Below, piece after piece: positions 7,930-16,265 of a stretch of 64,000 bases of DNA (position 1 is its first letter; the number at the start of each line of letters is the position of its first letter). The notes under the pieces were generated by a model. The model was not told the DNA's origin, made no database searches, and saw only the letters and a program-made list of their open reading frames with translations. Origin of the DNA: Oscillospiraceae bacterium (lineage in GTDB: Bacteria; Bacillota; Clostridia; Oscillospirales; UBA929); contig JAVBTN010000005.1 of assembly GCA_031556185.1 (NCBI GenBank), positions 103,888-167,887 on the forward strand. Reading direction: 5' to 3'. The position numbers and the translations under genes were made by a program.

Positions 7930-9708
7930 ATGGCAGTCAACTCGATTGGTTCGGCGGGAGGCTTTAACCGCGTCTCCGGACTTGCTTCGGGCATGGATAC
8001 CGACAGTATAGTTAAAAACATGATGAAAATTCAGCAGTCGAAATATGACAAGATGTATCAGGTGAAAACCCGCGACGAGTGGAAACGGGATGCATATACT
8101 GATGTCAACAACGCACTGCGAAAATTCAAGGATGAGTATGCCAGCTTTCTCAACAACAAGAGCAATATGTTGTCAGTGTCGACCTACAAGTCGACCAAGG
8201 CAGATGTGCCAGCCAACCCCAGCCTGTCGGTCACGGTAAACGCGACGGCCAGCGAAGGCAGTTACACCGTGAGCGTGCAGCAGCTGGCACAAGGCGCCAA
8301 AATGAGCGGGGCCAAGGCGTCGGACAGCGCGGAAGGCTTTTCTTCCACCACCCTCGGCAAGATGGCCATCGGCAGTCTTGCCGGCTTGGCCGGCGGTCAG
8401 ACTGTCTCCGGTGAGATACGCTTTTCCATCAACGATACCGCGTTTACATTCCAAAGCACCGACACGATGAAAACGGTGATGGATACCGTCAACAACAGCG
8501 CTGCCGGCGTCACCATGAGCTATACACAGCTGACCGACACATTTGTGTTTGAGACCAAGGCCAAAGGGGCTTATGTTCCCGGGATGGTTCAGCCCAATGA
8601 GCCTGCGGCTTTTTCGTATACGTACGACGGCACTTTGACAAAACCCGCCGATCGGCAGGAACCCGCGGACGGGGCCGGTCAGGCTGATCTTGAGGCCTAC
8701 CGGCAATACCGTCAGGAGCTTGAGGACTATACAAACGACTTTGATACGCGCAAAGCGGCTGCGCAACAAGCGCATCAGATGTCCGTTGCGCAGTACAACA
8801 AAGACAAGGCCGCCTATGCCGCCAACGAGGCCCGGCGGATCAACGTCACCGACAGTACTGGATTTCTGAGCGCCATAGGGCTCGATCCAGCCACGGCCGC
8901 CAAAACAGACGGGAAATCCGCCCGGGCGACGATAAACGGCGTAAGTGTCACACGTGACAGCAACAATTTTGAAATTGACGGCGTCGGCTTTCAGCTGACA
9001 AAGGAGACGACATCCGATATTACGTTTTCGGTGAAACGCGACACACAGCAGTCCATGGAAACCATCAAGGGATTTGTCAATTCGCTCAACAAGCTGATGG
9101 AAACCGTGTATGGCAAACTTACCGAAAAGAAAAACTATGGGTATGCGCCTTTGACCAGCGAACAACGCGGCGACATGTCCGCCGAGGACATTGCGTTGTG
9201 GGACACAAAGGCCAAGTCGGGGCTGCTGACCAGAGATCCCGCACTGCAGAAGCTGATGGATCGTTTGCAGTCGGCGTTTACCAGCCAGGTGGATGCGGTT
9301 GGATCCCCCTCGTCGGTCGGAGTCGGAAGCGCCGGTTACAGAGTGGGGCAGCCAGCCCAACTGCAGATTGATGAGGACAAACTGCGCAAAGCGTTGGAAG
9401 AAGACCCCGACAAGGTGTTTAAGCTCTTTACCGCACGCGAAGAAGACGGCAAGGGCAACCTTTTTAGCGAAAAATCGGGCGTTGTCACCCGTATGACCAA
9501 CGCCATGGATCAGTTCACCAGCACGACAAAAGATGTCAGCCTCAAGGCGCTCGACGCTGCGATCAGCGACATGGAAAGAAAGATGGGAACCGAGAATACG
9601 CGGCTGTACAAATTACAGGAGAGCTACTACAAAAAATTTGCCGCCATGGAAGCCGCGCTGACAAAAATGCAATCGCAAACCTCAGCGCTGTCTGGCTTCG
9701 GCACGTAA
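7930..9708 (+). CDS. fliD: flagellar filament capping protein FliD (hook-associated protein 2)
   Basis: The N-terminus (GLASGMDTDSIVKNMMKIQQ) and C-terminus (YYKKFAAMEAALTKMQSQTSAL) are typical of FliD. fliS follows immediately. Confidence 0.9.
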   Translation: MAVNSIGSAGGFNRVSGLASGMDTDSIVKNMMKIQQSKYDKMYQVKTRDEWKRDAYTDVNNALRKFKDEYASFLNNKSNMLSVSTYKSTKADVPANPSLSVTVNATASEGSYTVSVQQLAQGAKMSGAKASDSAEGFSSTTLGKMAIGSLAGLAGGQTVSGEIRFSINDTAFTFQSTDTMKTVMDTVNNSAAGVTMSYTQLTDTFVFETKAKGAYVPGMVQPNEPAAFSYTYDGTLTKPADRQEPADGAGQADLEAYRQYRQELEDYTNDFDTRKAAAQQAHQMSVAQYNKDKAAYAANEARRINVTDSTGFLSAIGLDPATAAKTDGKSARATINGVSVTRDSNNFEIDGVGFQLTKETTSDITFSVKRDTQQSMETIKGFVNSLNKLMETVYGKLTEKKNYGYAPLTSEQRGDMSAEDIALWDTKAKSGLLTRDPALQKLMDRLQSAFTSQVDAVGSPSSVGVGSAGYRVGQPAQLQIDEDKLRKALEEDPDKVFKLFTAREEDGKGNLFSEKSGVVTRMTNAMDQFTSTTKDVSLKALDAAISDMERKMGTENTRLYKLQESYYKKFAAMEAALTKMQSQTSALSGFGT

Positions 9709-9736
9709 ATGAATCCATTTTTGGAGGATATCCACA

Positions 9737-10150
9737 ATGGCTGTTTATGCCAACCCGCACACAAAAGCCAATGTCTACCGCCAGCAAAACGCAATGACGG
9801 CCAGCCCGGGCGAACTCACCCTCATGCTCTTTGACGGCTGCATCAAGGACGTCAAGCTGATGCGCATGTTTATTGAAGAGGAAAACATCCAGAAGGCCAA
9901 CGAGGCCTCACTCAAAGCACAGGCCATTATCACCGAGCTCATGCGGTCGCTTAACATGCAATACGAAGTGTCCAACAGTCTGTATCCGCTCTACGAGTTC
10001 ATGCTCAATGAGCTTATATCGGCCAACATTCAGAAAAAAAACCTCAAAACAGATGTTGTTCTGGAGTTGCTTACCGAGTTGAGAGATACCTGGCAGCAGG
10101 CCGTCCGTATCAACCGGCAACAAGTGATGGGAACAGGGAGCTCAATATGA
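9737..10150 (+). CDS. fliS: flagellar export chaperone FliS
   Basis: YRQQNAMTASPGELTLMLFDGCIK... is a canonical FliS N-terminal pattern. The product is 137 aa. Confidence 0.9.
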   Translation: MAVYANPHTKANVYRQQNAMTASPGELTLMLFDGCIKDVKLMRMFIEEENIQKANEASLKAQAIITELMRSLNMQYEVSNSLYPLYEFMLNELISANIQKKNLKTDVVLELLTELRDTWQQAVRINRQQVMGTGSSI

Positions 10151-10572
10151 CAAATATGGTTACCATGACAAAAATGGCACTGTTGCTGCAACAAAAACTC
10201 GAACATCTGGCCGCCATTTATGTCCTGACCGAAAAACAGGCGGCCCTCATCGACAGCGACGACACCGACGCGCTGCTTGAAAATATTGAACGACGGCAGT
10301 TTCACATTACCGCCATCGAGGGCATTGAGAACATGATTCCCGAACGAACAAAGCTGCTGATGGATCAGGAGTGCGTCCAGATTGCAGTACAAATCAATGA
10401 TTTTGTCAATCGCACAAAGAAACTTGACAGCCTCAACCAGCAAAAAGCGCGGGATCGGCTGGTGTTTCTCAAAGGGCAGATGCAGAAAGTATCGCGCGGA
10501 CGCCGCACCGGAGACGGTTACGACACGAAAAACAACGATATGGGAGGCACTTTTTTTGACTCTCGACACTGA
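10147..10572 (+). CDS. hypothetical helical protein, possibly a FliT/FlgN-like flagellar chaperone
   Basis: ATGA overlap with the fliS stop. The 141-aa product is predicted helical and leucine/glutamine-rich. The functional label rests on position and composition only. Confidence 0.4.
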   Translation: MTNMVTMTKMALLLQQKLEHLAAIYVLTEKQAALIDSDDTDALLENIERRQFHITAIEGIENMIPERTKLLMDQECVQIAVQINDFVNRTKKLDSLNQQKARDRLVFLKGQMQKVSRGRRTGDGYDTKNNDMGGTFFDSRH

Positions 10573-10622
10573 AACAACACGAGCCCATCCGTCAACGCCA
10601 TTCTCGTAAGAGAGTGAGTTTT

Positions 10623-10669
10623 AAGGCCCCTCCCTTGCTGCGAACTTGTCGCGGTGAGGGAGGGGCCTT
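10623..10669. terminator. bidirectional terminator between fliT-like gene and the repeat protein
   Basis: 13-bp stem AAGGCCCCTCCCT/AGGGAGGGGCCTT with a nested inner stem GCGA/TCGC, followed by TTT. Confidence 0.75.
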
Positions 10670-10690
10670 TGCGCGATCTATCATAAAGGG

Positions 10691-11026
10691 CTAGAGGGAA
10701 AGGATGCTGCCCGAGCCCATCGCGGGCACACGAGTCACAGTGCCAGCGTCCTCTGCGGTGTCAGCCGCGCCGGGTGCTGTGCCGGATGGCGCGTTGTGCT
10801 TTCTCTCGCCGGCAAACGGTCTGTTGCCGGGCATTTTGTCAATGTGTTCCAGCATCTTGTCGGCTTGCGCCTGTGTCAATGTTCCGTCGGCGACCTTTTT
10901 GTCGAGCGCCGCCTTGAGATCGGCCTTTATGGCCTCCCGGCGCTCTTCGTCGGTCATGCCCTCATATTTGGAGAGATCAAGTTCGGTGCCGAAGAGATCG
11001 TCTTTGCCGAAAAGGCCCCCGAACAT
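10691..11026 (-). CDS. C-terminal, same-frame continuation of the tandem-repeat protein (fourth repeat plus tail); probably not independently translated
   Basis: Same reading frame as 11060..11824 (11824-11026 = 798 = 266 codons). It has no SD-like sequence upstream of its ATG and no signal peptide. It encodes one more full repeat (LFGTELDLSKYEGMTDEERREAIKADLKAALDKKVADGTLTQAQADKMLEHIDKMPG). Confidence 0.4.
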   Translation of the reverse strand: MFGGLFGKDDLFGTELDLSKYEGMTDEERREAIKADLKAALDKKVADGTLTQAQADKMLEHIDKMPGNRPFAGERKHNAPSGTAPGAADTAEDAGTVTRVPAMGSGSILSL

Positions 11027-11620
11027 TTTGACACTGTCGCCGGGAATTTCGTCAGCGCGCTACATCATCTTGTCGGCTTGCGCCTGTGTCAATGTGCCGT
11101 CGGCAACCTTTTTGTCGAGCGCCGCCTTGAGATCGGCCTTTATGGCCTCCCGGCGCTCTTCGTCGGTCATGCCCTCATATTTGGAGAGGTCGAGTTCGGT
11201 GCCGAAGAGGTTGTCCTTACCACAGAAGCTCCCGAACATTTTGACGCCGTCGCCGGGCATTTTGTCAACGTGTTCCAAAAACTTGTCGGCTTGCGCCTGT
11301 GTCAATGTGCCGTCAGCAACCTTTTTGTCGAGCGCCGCCTTGAGATCGGCCTTTATGGCCTGCTGACGCTCTTCGTCGGTCATACCCTCATATTTGGAAA
11401 GGTCGAGTTCGGCGCCGAAGAGATTGTCTTTGCCGAAAAAGCCCCTGAACGCTTTGGGTCTGTCGCCGGGCATTTTGTCAACGCGTTCCAGAATTTTGTC
11501 GGCTTGCGTCTGTGTCAATACGCCGTCGGCGACCTTTTTGTCAAGCGCCGCTTTGAGATCGGCCTTCATGGCCTCCTGGCGCTCTTCGTCGGTCATACCG
11601 TCATATTTGGAGGGGTCAGG
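10850..11620 (-). repeat. four tandem 213-bp coding repeats
   Basis: The landmark TTGTCGGC recurs at 10857, 11070, 11283 and 11496, an exact 213-bp period. The two promoter-distal units differ at only 4 of the first 144 nt in my manual alignment. Confidence 0.9.
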
Positions 11621-11824
11621 CAACTCCATTCTGAAAGAGAACGGTGCTGTCGAAGGGGCGGTGTCGTCTACCTGCTCCTCTGCTGTTGTGGTTACGGAGA
11701 CGACGAGGGCGTCGTCCACCGGGGCGTATTCTTTTGCATTGGCCGATGACGCCAGGGCGCTGCCCGCCAACAAGGCGGAGGAGAGGACTGCGGCGGCACA
11801 CAATACAATGGGGATTTTTTTCAT
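11060..11824 (-). CDS. secreted tandem-repeat protein (N-terminal part, 3 repeats), YckD/DUF2680- or LTxxQ-like helical repeats
   Basis: Signal peptide MKKIPIVLCAAAVLSSALLAGSALASSANA, followed by 71-aa repeats. It ends at TAG 11060-11062, inside a repeat unit. Confidence 0.75.
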   Translation of the reverse strand: MKKIPIVLCAAAVLSSALLAGSALASSANAKEYAPVDDALVVSVTTTAEEQVDDTAPSTAPFSFRMELPDPSKYDGMTDEERQEAMKADLKAALDKKVADGVLTQTQADKILERVDKMPGDRPKAFRGFFGKDNLFGAELDLSKYEGMTDEERQQAIKADLKAALDKKVADGTLTQAQADKFLEHVDKMPGDGVKMFGSFCGKDNLFGTELDLSKYEGMTDEERREAIKADLKAALDKKVADGTLTQAQADKMM

Positions 11825-12051
11825 ATGTCACGTCCTTTCGTTTTGTCAGTTGATAAACAGTGACTGTTGCGGTCTGTTGTCTTCCGCGGCGGGAGGCTAC
11901 ATGTGAATCAACTCCTTTCGGGTGTTGATCGTATGATAACTGGAAAATATGACAACAGTTTGATCATGCTGTAAACAAACGGTGAACAGACTGTGAAGGA
12001 TTACAGCGGGCAAGAGGACGCCCTGTGGGCTGATTATCGAAAACAGAATGC

Positions 12052-12080
12052 TTGCATTATTGTCTGGATGGGCATATACT
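12052..12080 (+). promoter_or_regulatory. sigma-A-type promoter for the FMN riboswitch-ribU transcript
   Basis: TTGCAT (12052-12057), N17, TATACT (12075-12080), immediately upstream of the RFN element. Confidence 0.6.
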
Positions 12081-12087
12081 ATGTATG

Positions 12088-12229
<142 letters not shown>

Positions 12230-12256
12230 AGACAGTGTTTTCAGAGTCTATTTTTT

Positions 12257-12290
12257 GCCGCCCTGTTATGGGGCGGTATTTTCATGTTTA
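12257..12290 (+). terminator. riboswitch expression-platform hairpin (putative attenuator)
   Basis: CCGCCC (12258-12263) pairs with GGGCGG (12271-12276), followed by the T-rich TATTTTCATGTTT, between the aptamer and the ribU RBS. Confidence 0.5.
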
Positions 12291-12306
12291 GAAAAGGAGG
12301 ATGGTC

Positions 12307-12894
12307 ATGGAAAACCTGGCGAGGGGAAAAAGTACCAGGCGCATGGTGACGCTGTCCATGATGGCCGCCATCTCGGCTGTGCTGATGATTCTTGACTTTC
12401 CGCTGCCCTTTTTCCCGCCCTTTTTGAAGCTCGATTTTTCCGAGCTGCCCGCACTGCTGACGGCGTTTATGTTCGGGCCCGTGTCGGGCGTTGTGGTGGC
12501 ACTTGTCAAAAACCTTATTCACTTGACGATGTCGCAGACAGGCGGCGTGGGCGAACTGGCCAATTTTCTCATCAGCGTGGCGCTGGTGTGTCCGGCCGGG
12601 GTGATCTACCGTGTGCGCAAAAGCAAGGGCGGAGCGCTGCTGGGCATGATGACCGGCACGGTGTGCATGACCATTGTCGGATTGCTGGCCAACTTCTACA
12701 TTTTGATTCCGTTTTACGAGCAAATGATTCCTATCCAGACCATTATCAATATGTGCGCCGAAATCATCCCCATGGTCAAGACAAAGTGGGATGTCGTGCT
12801 GCTGACCATTACACCGTTTAACCTGTTTAAGGGTGTCCTCATCAGCGCCATCACCTTTTTTGTGTACAAAAAGGTGCGCGGATTGCTAAAATAG
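12307..12894 (+). CDS. ribU: ECF-transporter S component for riboflavin (RibU/FmnP)
   Basis: Membrane protein with LDFPLPFFPPFLKLDFSELPALLTAFMFGP, typical of RibU, and an FMN riboswitch upstream. ATG 12307 is preferred over 12301 because of spacing from AAGGAGG. Confidence 0.9.
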   Translation: MENLARGKSTRRMVTLSMMAAISAVLMILDFPLPFFPPFLKLDFSELPALLTAFMFGPVSGVVVALVKNLIHLTMSQTGGVGELANFLISVALVCPAGVIYRVRKSKGGALLGMMTGTVCMTIVGLLANFYILIPFYEQMIPIQTIINMCAEIIPMVKTKWDVVLLTITPFNLFKGVLISAITFFVYKKVRGLLK

Positions 12895-12941
12895 ACAGAC
12901 TGTGTTAAAATGTCTGCATCACCCTGCCGGGAGGTGCTTTT

Positions 12942-13445
12942 TTGGCGGAGTTTATCAACAACTTGGGCGATTGGCTTAAGGGCTTGCCCACGTTTGGTCA
13001 GTTTGTCATGACGTTTTTTATCTCCATGGTGCCCATCATTGAACTGAGAGGCGCCATTCCCGTGGCGGCTATTGCTGGGCTTCCCTGGTACCTGACGTTT
13101 GTGGCGAGCGTTTTGGGGAATATGCTTCCCGTTCCGTTTATATTGGTGTATATTCGCCGCATATTTTTGTGGCTGAAAGATAGAAGCAAGCTGGCCGGAA
13201 CCATATACAAACTGGAAAAGCGGGCGCTCAAAAAGGCGGACACCATCTACAAGTACGAGTTGATCGGTCTTTGTATTTTGGTGGCCGTTCCGCTGCCCGG
13301 CACGGGTGCCTGGACGGGCGCGCTGGTGGCGGCACTGTTGGACATGCGTTTGAAAAACGCGCTGCCGTCTATATTGATCGGCGTTTTGATCGCAGCGATT
13401 ATCATGACGTTGTTGTCTTACGGGTTGCCCAACATATTGGCATAA
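12942..13445 (+). CDS. small multidrug-export-family membrane protein (COG2426-like)
   Basis: FISMVPIIELRGAIPVA motif and four predicted TM helices. TTG start at 12942 lies 6 nt after the GGGAGGTG RBS. Confidence 0.7.
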   Translation: MAEFINNLGDWLKGLPTFGQFVMTFFISMVPIIELRGAIPVAAIAGLPWYLTFVASVLGNMLPVPFILVYIRRIFLWLKDRSKLAGTIYKLEKRALKKADTIYKYELIGLCILVAVPLPGTGAWTGALVAALLDMRLKNALPSILIGVLIAAIIMTLLSYGLPNILA

Positions 13446-13536
13446 CGGGCCCATTTGTCATGGACAACCATTCGTTATGCTGACCGCACTCTATACGGAC
13501 AGTATGCATATACTGGGTTGAAAGGGGTGCGGACAC

Positions 13537-13872
13537 ATGCTGGAAATCTATCACTTTGTGATTGCCTTTCTCGCGGCTGTCGGCGTAATGGCGCTTGTAT
13601 GGCTAGCTGTTGGTGTGATACAGCACAAAGGAAGGCTCGCGCATCCGGTTCACGTTGTGCTCACGCTGAGTGATTCCTCCGCCGACATCCAGTGGACCGT
13701 GGAGCGACTGGATTGGCTCAGGCAATGGGGAATCATGGACTTGCGCATCATCGTGGCCGAGGAAGACCCCACCGGCGAGCCGCATGAGATGGCCGAGCGG
13801 CTGTGCAAAGATGACCCGACACTCACGCTTTGCCCATCGCAGGATATTTGGAGATACATCAGCGCACGATAA
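13537..13872 (+). CDS. hypothetical N-terminally membrane-anchored protein
   Basis: RBS AAAGGGGTG, one N-terminal TM helix (FVIAFLAAVGVMALVWLAVGVI) and a 111-aa product. No family recognised. Confidence 0.5.
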   Translation: MLEIYHFVIAFLAAVGVMALVWLAVGVIQHKGRLAHPVHVVLTLSDSSADIQWTVERLDWLRQWGIMDLRIIVAEEDPTGEPHEMAERLCKDDPTLTLCPSQDIWRYISAR

Positions 13873-13967
13873 AGCACGGTCGCGCCGTCGGGCTTTGTGC
13901 TCGCTGTGGTTGGTGCGGCAACGGGGCAAGGAAGGGCGCCGCACAACAGCGCGCGCCGGGCGGAGAA

Positions 13968-16199
13968 ATGACTATGACGCAGGACAAAGCGACGTTGACA
14001 CTCACAGGAAAGCTGCTGCACGTGAAGTTTAGCGCCAGCAGCGGATATGGCGTATTTGAAATGCAGGCCTCGGATGGCGCTGAAGTGACGGTGGTGGGTT
14101 TTGCGCCCGACCCCGCGCCCGGCGAACATGTCGAGGCCGTTGGCAATTGGATGACCCACAGCCGCTATGGCATGCAGTTTAAAGCTGATCACATAGAACG
14201 CACGCTGCCGGCCAGCGCGGCCGCCATGATTGAGTACCTTTCTTCCCGCGTGGTCACGGGTATCGGTCCGGCCACGGCAGTACGGTTGGTGTCGCATTTT
14301 GGGGATCAGACACTGAGCGTGATGGCGGAAAAACCCGAACGACTGTCGGAGGTGGCGGGTATTTCTGCCAAGAGGGCGGCGTTGATCGGCGAGCAGTTTG
14401 CAAAACAAAACGCCGTGCGCGGGCTGATGACATTTTTGTGCGCCCATCAGCTGCCGCCGCATCTGGCGGTGCCGCTGTCGGAGGCCTATGGCTCTGACGC
14501 CATCGAAGCGCTCAAAGAGGATCCGTACCTGCTCATTGACAAGGCGTTTTCAGTGGACTTTTCACTGGCGGACAAGTTGGCCGATGCGCTGGACTTTGAC
14601 GGCGAGGATCCGCACCGCGTGCAGGCTGCCGTCACCTATGAATTGACCATTAACGCCGACGAGGGGCACGTTTACCTGCCGGAGGACAAACTGGTGGCTG
14701 CCGTCGTCCAGCTCATCCAGGTGGGAGAACCGGCTGTCAACTTGGCCATCGAACATTTGGTTGAGATGAGCGCGCTCGTGCGGGAAGAGGGCGGCCACAA
14801 GCCCGTGTGCTACTTAAGGACACTGTATGAGGCCGAGTGCATTGTGGCCGAGCGTCTGATGAGTATGACAAAAAAGCTACCGCCGCCTCGGCGGCTGGAG
14901 CGGCTGCTGCTGGAAACCGAGCGCGATGTCGGCATCGACTACGCACCTGCGCAGCGCGAGGCGCTGCATTTGGCTGCCCAGCGCCAGACCATGCTGCTGA
15001 CAGGCGGCCCGGGCACCGGAAAAACAACAACCTTGCGCGCCATGTTGGCGCTGTTTGACCGTTTGCAGTTTACCTGCCTGCTGGCAGCGCCCACCGGGCG
15101 CGCCGCCAAACGCATGCAGGAGCTCACGGGGCGAGATGCGCAAACCATACACCGTCTGCTGGAGGTCGTGTTTGACCCGGTCAGCGGTCATCAGGGTTTC
15201 GCGCACGACCGGGGTAATCCGCTGCAGGCGGATGTCGTCGTGGTGGACGAAGTGTCCATGGTTGACATCCAGCTCATGCGGGCTCTCATGGAGGCGCTGC
15301 CGGCGCAAGCGCGGCTCATCCTAGTCGGAGATCCCGACCAGCTGCCCTCCGTGGGCCCCGGCAACGTGCTGTCGGACATCATCGGGAGCGGCCGCGTCGA
15401 CGCGGTCCATCTGACGGAGGTGTTCCGGCAGGCCAGCGAAAGCCAGATTGTTATGAGAGCCCATGAGATCAATCGGGGCGCGGTCTCCTCGCTGCGCAAT
15501 AGCGAGGGTGACTTTTACTTTTTGTCGCGCTGGGAGCCGCAGATGGCGCTGGAGACCATTCTGGAGTTGTGCGCCCGCCGGCTGCCGGATCATATGGGGT
15601 TTTCTCCCTCAAGTATTCAGGTGCTTTCGCCCACGCGCAAAGGGGTCTGTGGCACGGTAAACCTAAACCGCCAGTTGCAGTCGGTGCTCAATCCGCCCGG
15701 CCCGTCAAAGGCGGAGGTAAGCTTTGGCGAATATGTCTTTCGACAGGGTGACCGTGTAATGCAGGTCAAAAACAATTATGATCTGCTATGGAGATCACGG
15801 ATCCGACAGGAAAACGGCATGGGGGTATTCAACGGCGACATAGGATTCATTGAAAGCGTAGATCCGCAGGCCGAGCAGCTCATTGTCGACTTTGACGACC
15901 GGTTTGCCACTTACACATTTGACATGTTGGGCGAGCTGGAGCCTGCCTATGCGATGACGGTGCACAAGGCGCAGGGCAGCGAGTATTCCGCCGTGGTGTT
16001 GGCGGCGCTTCCGGGCCCGCCGATGCTGATGAACCGCAAGGTGTTGTACACAGCTGTCACCCGCGCCAAGTCTCTTTTGGTGTTGGTCGGACAGGAAAAC
16101 ACGGTGCGAGGCATGGCGGAAAGTTATCGCGCCTACCGGAGGTACTCCGGGCTGAAAAAACGCCTTAGAGCCCACCAGGAGGCCGATTTCGATCATTGA
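13968..16199 (+). CDS. recD2: RecD2-type SF1B ATP-dependent DNA helicase
   Basis: Walker A GGPGTGKTTTL, VVVDEVSMVD, LVGDPDQLPSVGPG, HKAQGSEY, and an N-terminal OB/HhH region typical of RecD2. Start trimmed to ATG 13968. Confidence 0.9.
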   Translation: MTMTQDKATLTLTGKLLHVKFSASSGYGVFEMQASDGAEVTVVGFAPDPAPGEHVEAVGNWMTHSRYGMQFKADHIERTLPASAAAMIEYLSSRVVTGIGPATAVRLVSHFGDQTLSVMAEKPERLSEVAGISAKRAALIGEQFAKQNAVRGLMTFLCAHQLPPHLAVPLSEAYGSDAIEALKEDPYLLIDKAFSVDFSLADKLADALDFDGEDPHRVQAAVTYELTINADEGHVYLPEDKLVAAVVQLIQVGEPAVNLAIEHLVEMSALVREEGGHKPVCYLRTLYEAECIVAERLMSMTKKLPPPRRLERLLLETERDVGIDYAPAQREALHLAAQRQTMLLTGGPGTGKTTTLRAMLALFDRLQFTCLLAAPTGRAAKRMQELTGRDAQTIHRLLEVVFDPVSGHQGFAHDRGNPLQADVVVVDEVSMVDIQLMRALMEALPAQARLILVGDPDQLPSVGPGNVLSDIIGSGRVDAVHLTEVFRQASESQIVMRAHEINRGAVSSLRNSEGDFYFLSRWEPQMALETILELCARRLPDHMGFSPSSIQVLSPTRKGVCGTVNLNRQLQSVLNPPGPSKAEVSFGEYVFRQGDRVMQVKNNYDLLWRSRIRQENGMGVFNGDIGFIESVDPQAEQLIVDFDDRFATYTFDMLGELEPAYAMTVHKAQGSEYSAVVLAALPGPPMLMNRKVLYTAVTRAKSLLVLVGQENTVRGMAESYRAYRRYSGLKKRLRAHQEADFDH

Positions 16200-16265
16200 G
16201 AATACAAACATTCCCAATATCGGGTATTATTGAATGTGGGAAGTGCCGCCGAAAAACGCGTATTC

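Noticed and set aside
8173-9360. 395-aa minus-strand ORF inside fliD. Similar cases are 24976..26139(-), 48625..49614(-), 56985..57860(-), 22655..23494(-) and 12714..13454(-).
   Set aside because: All are antisense to genes with clear family signatures. None has an SD-like sequence, and all show skewed Arg/Gly/His composition.
11060-11062. In-frame TAG as a pyrrolysine or other recoding site
   Set aside because: There are no pyl genes or methylamine methyltransferase context in the window. The stop aligns with an ordinary Glu position in a repeat, and the surrounding codons are locally degraded. A nonsense lesion or sequencing error is more parsimonious. This cannot be fully excluded without the rest of the genome.
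10850-11620. Tandem repeats as a possible CRISPR array or minisatellite
   Set aside because: The period is 213 bp with no repeat-spacer alternation. The repeats are in-frame coding units of one protein, and there are no cas genes.
10704-11906. Three plus-strand ORFs (10704..11366, 10796..11749, 11394..11906) with internally repetitive, Ser/Ala/Leu-rich translations
   Set aside because: Their repetitiveness simply mirrors the 213-bp repeats of the minus-strand gene, which has a signal peptide, an RBS and a coherent helical repeat. The plus-strand frames lack RBSs and start within the convergent terminator region.
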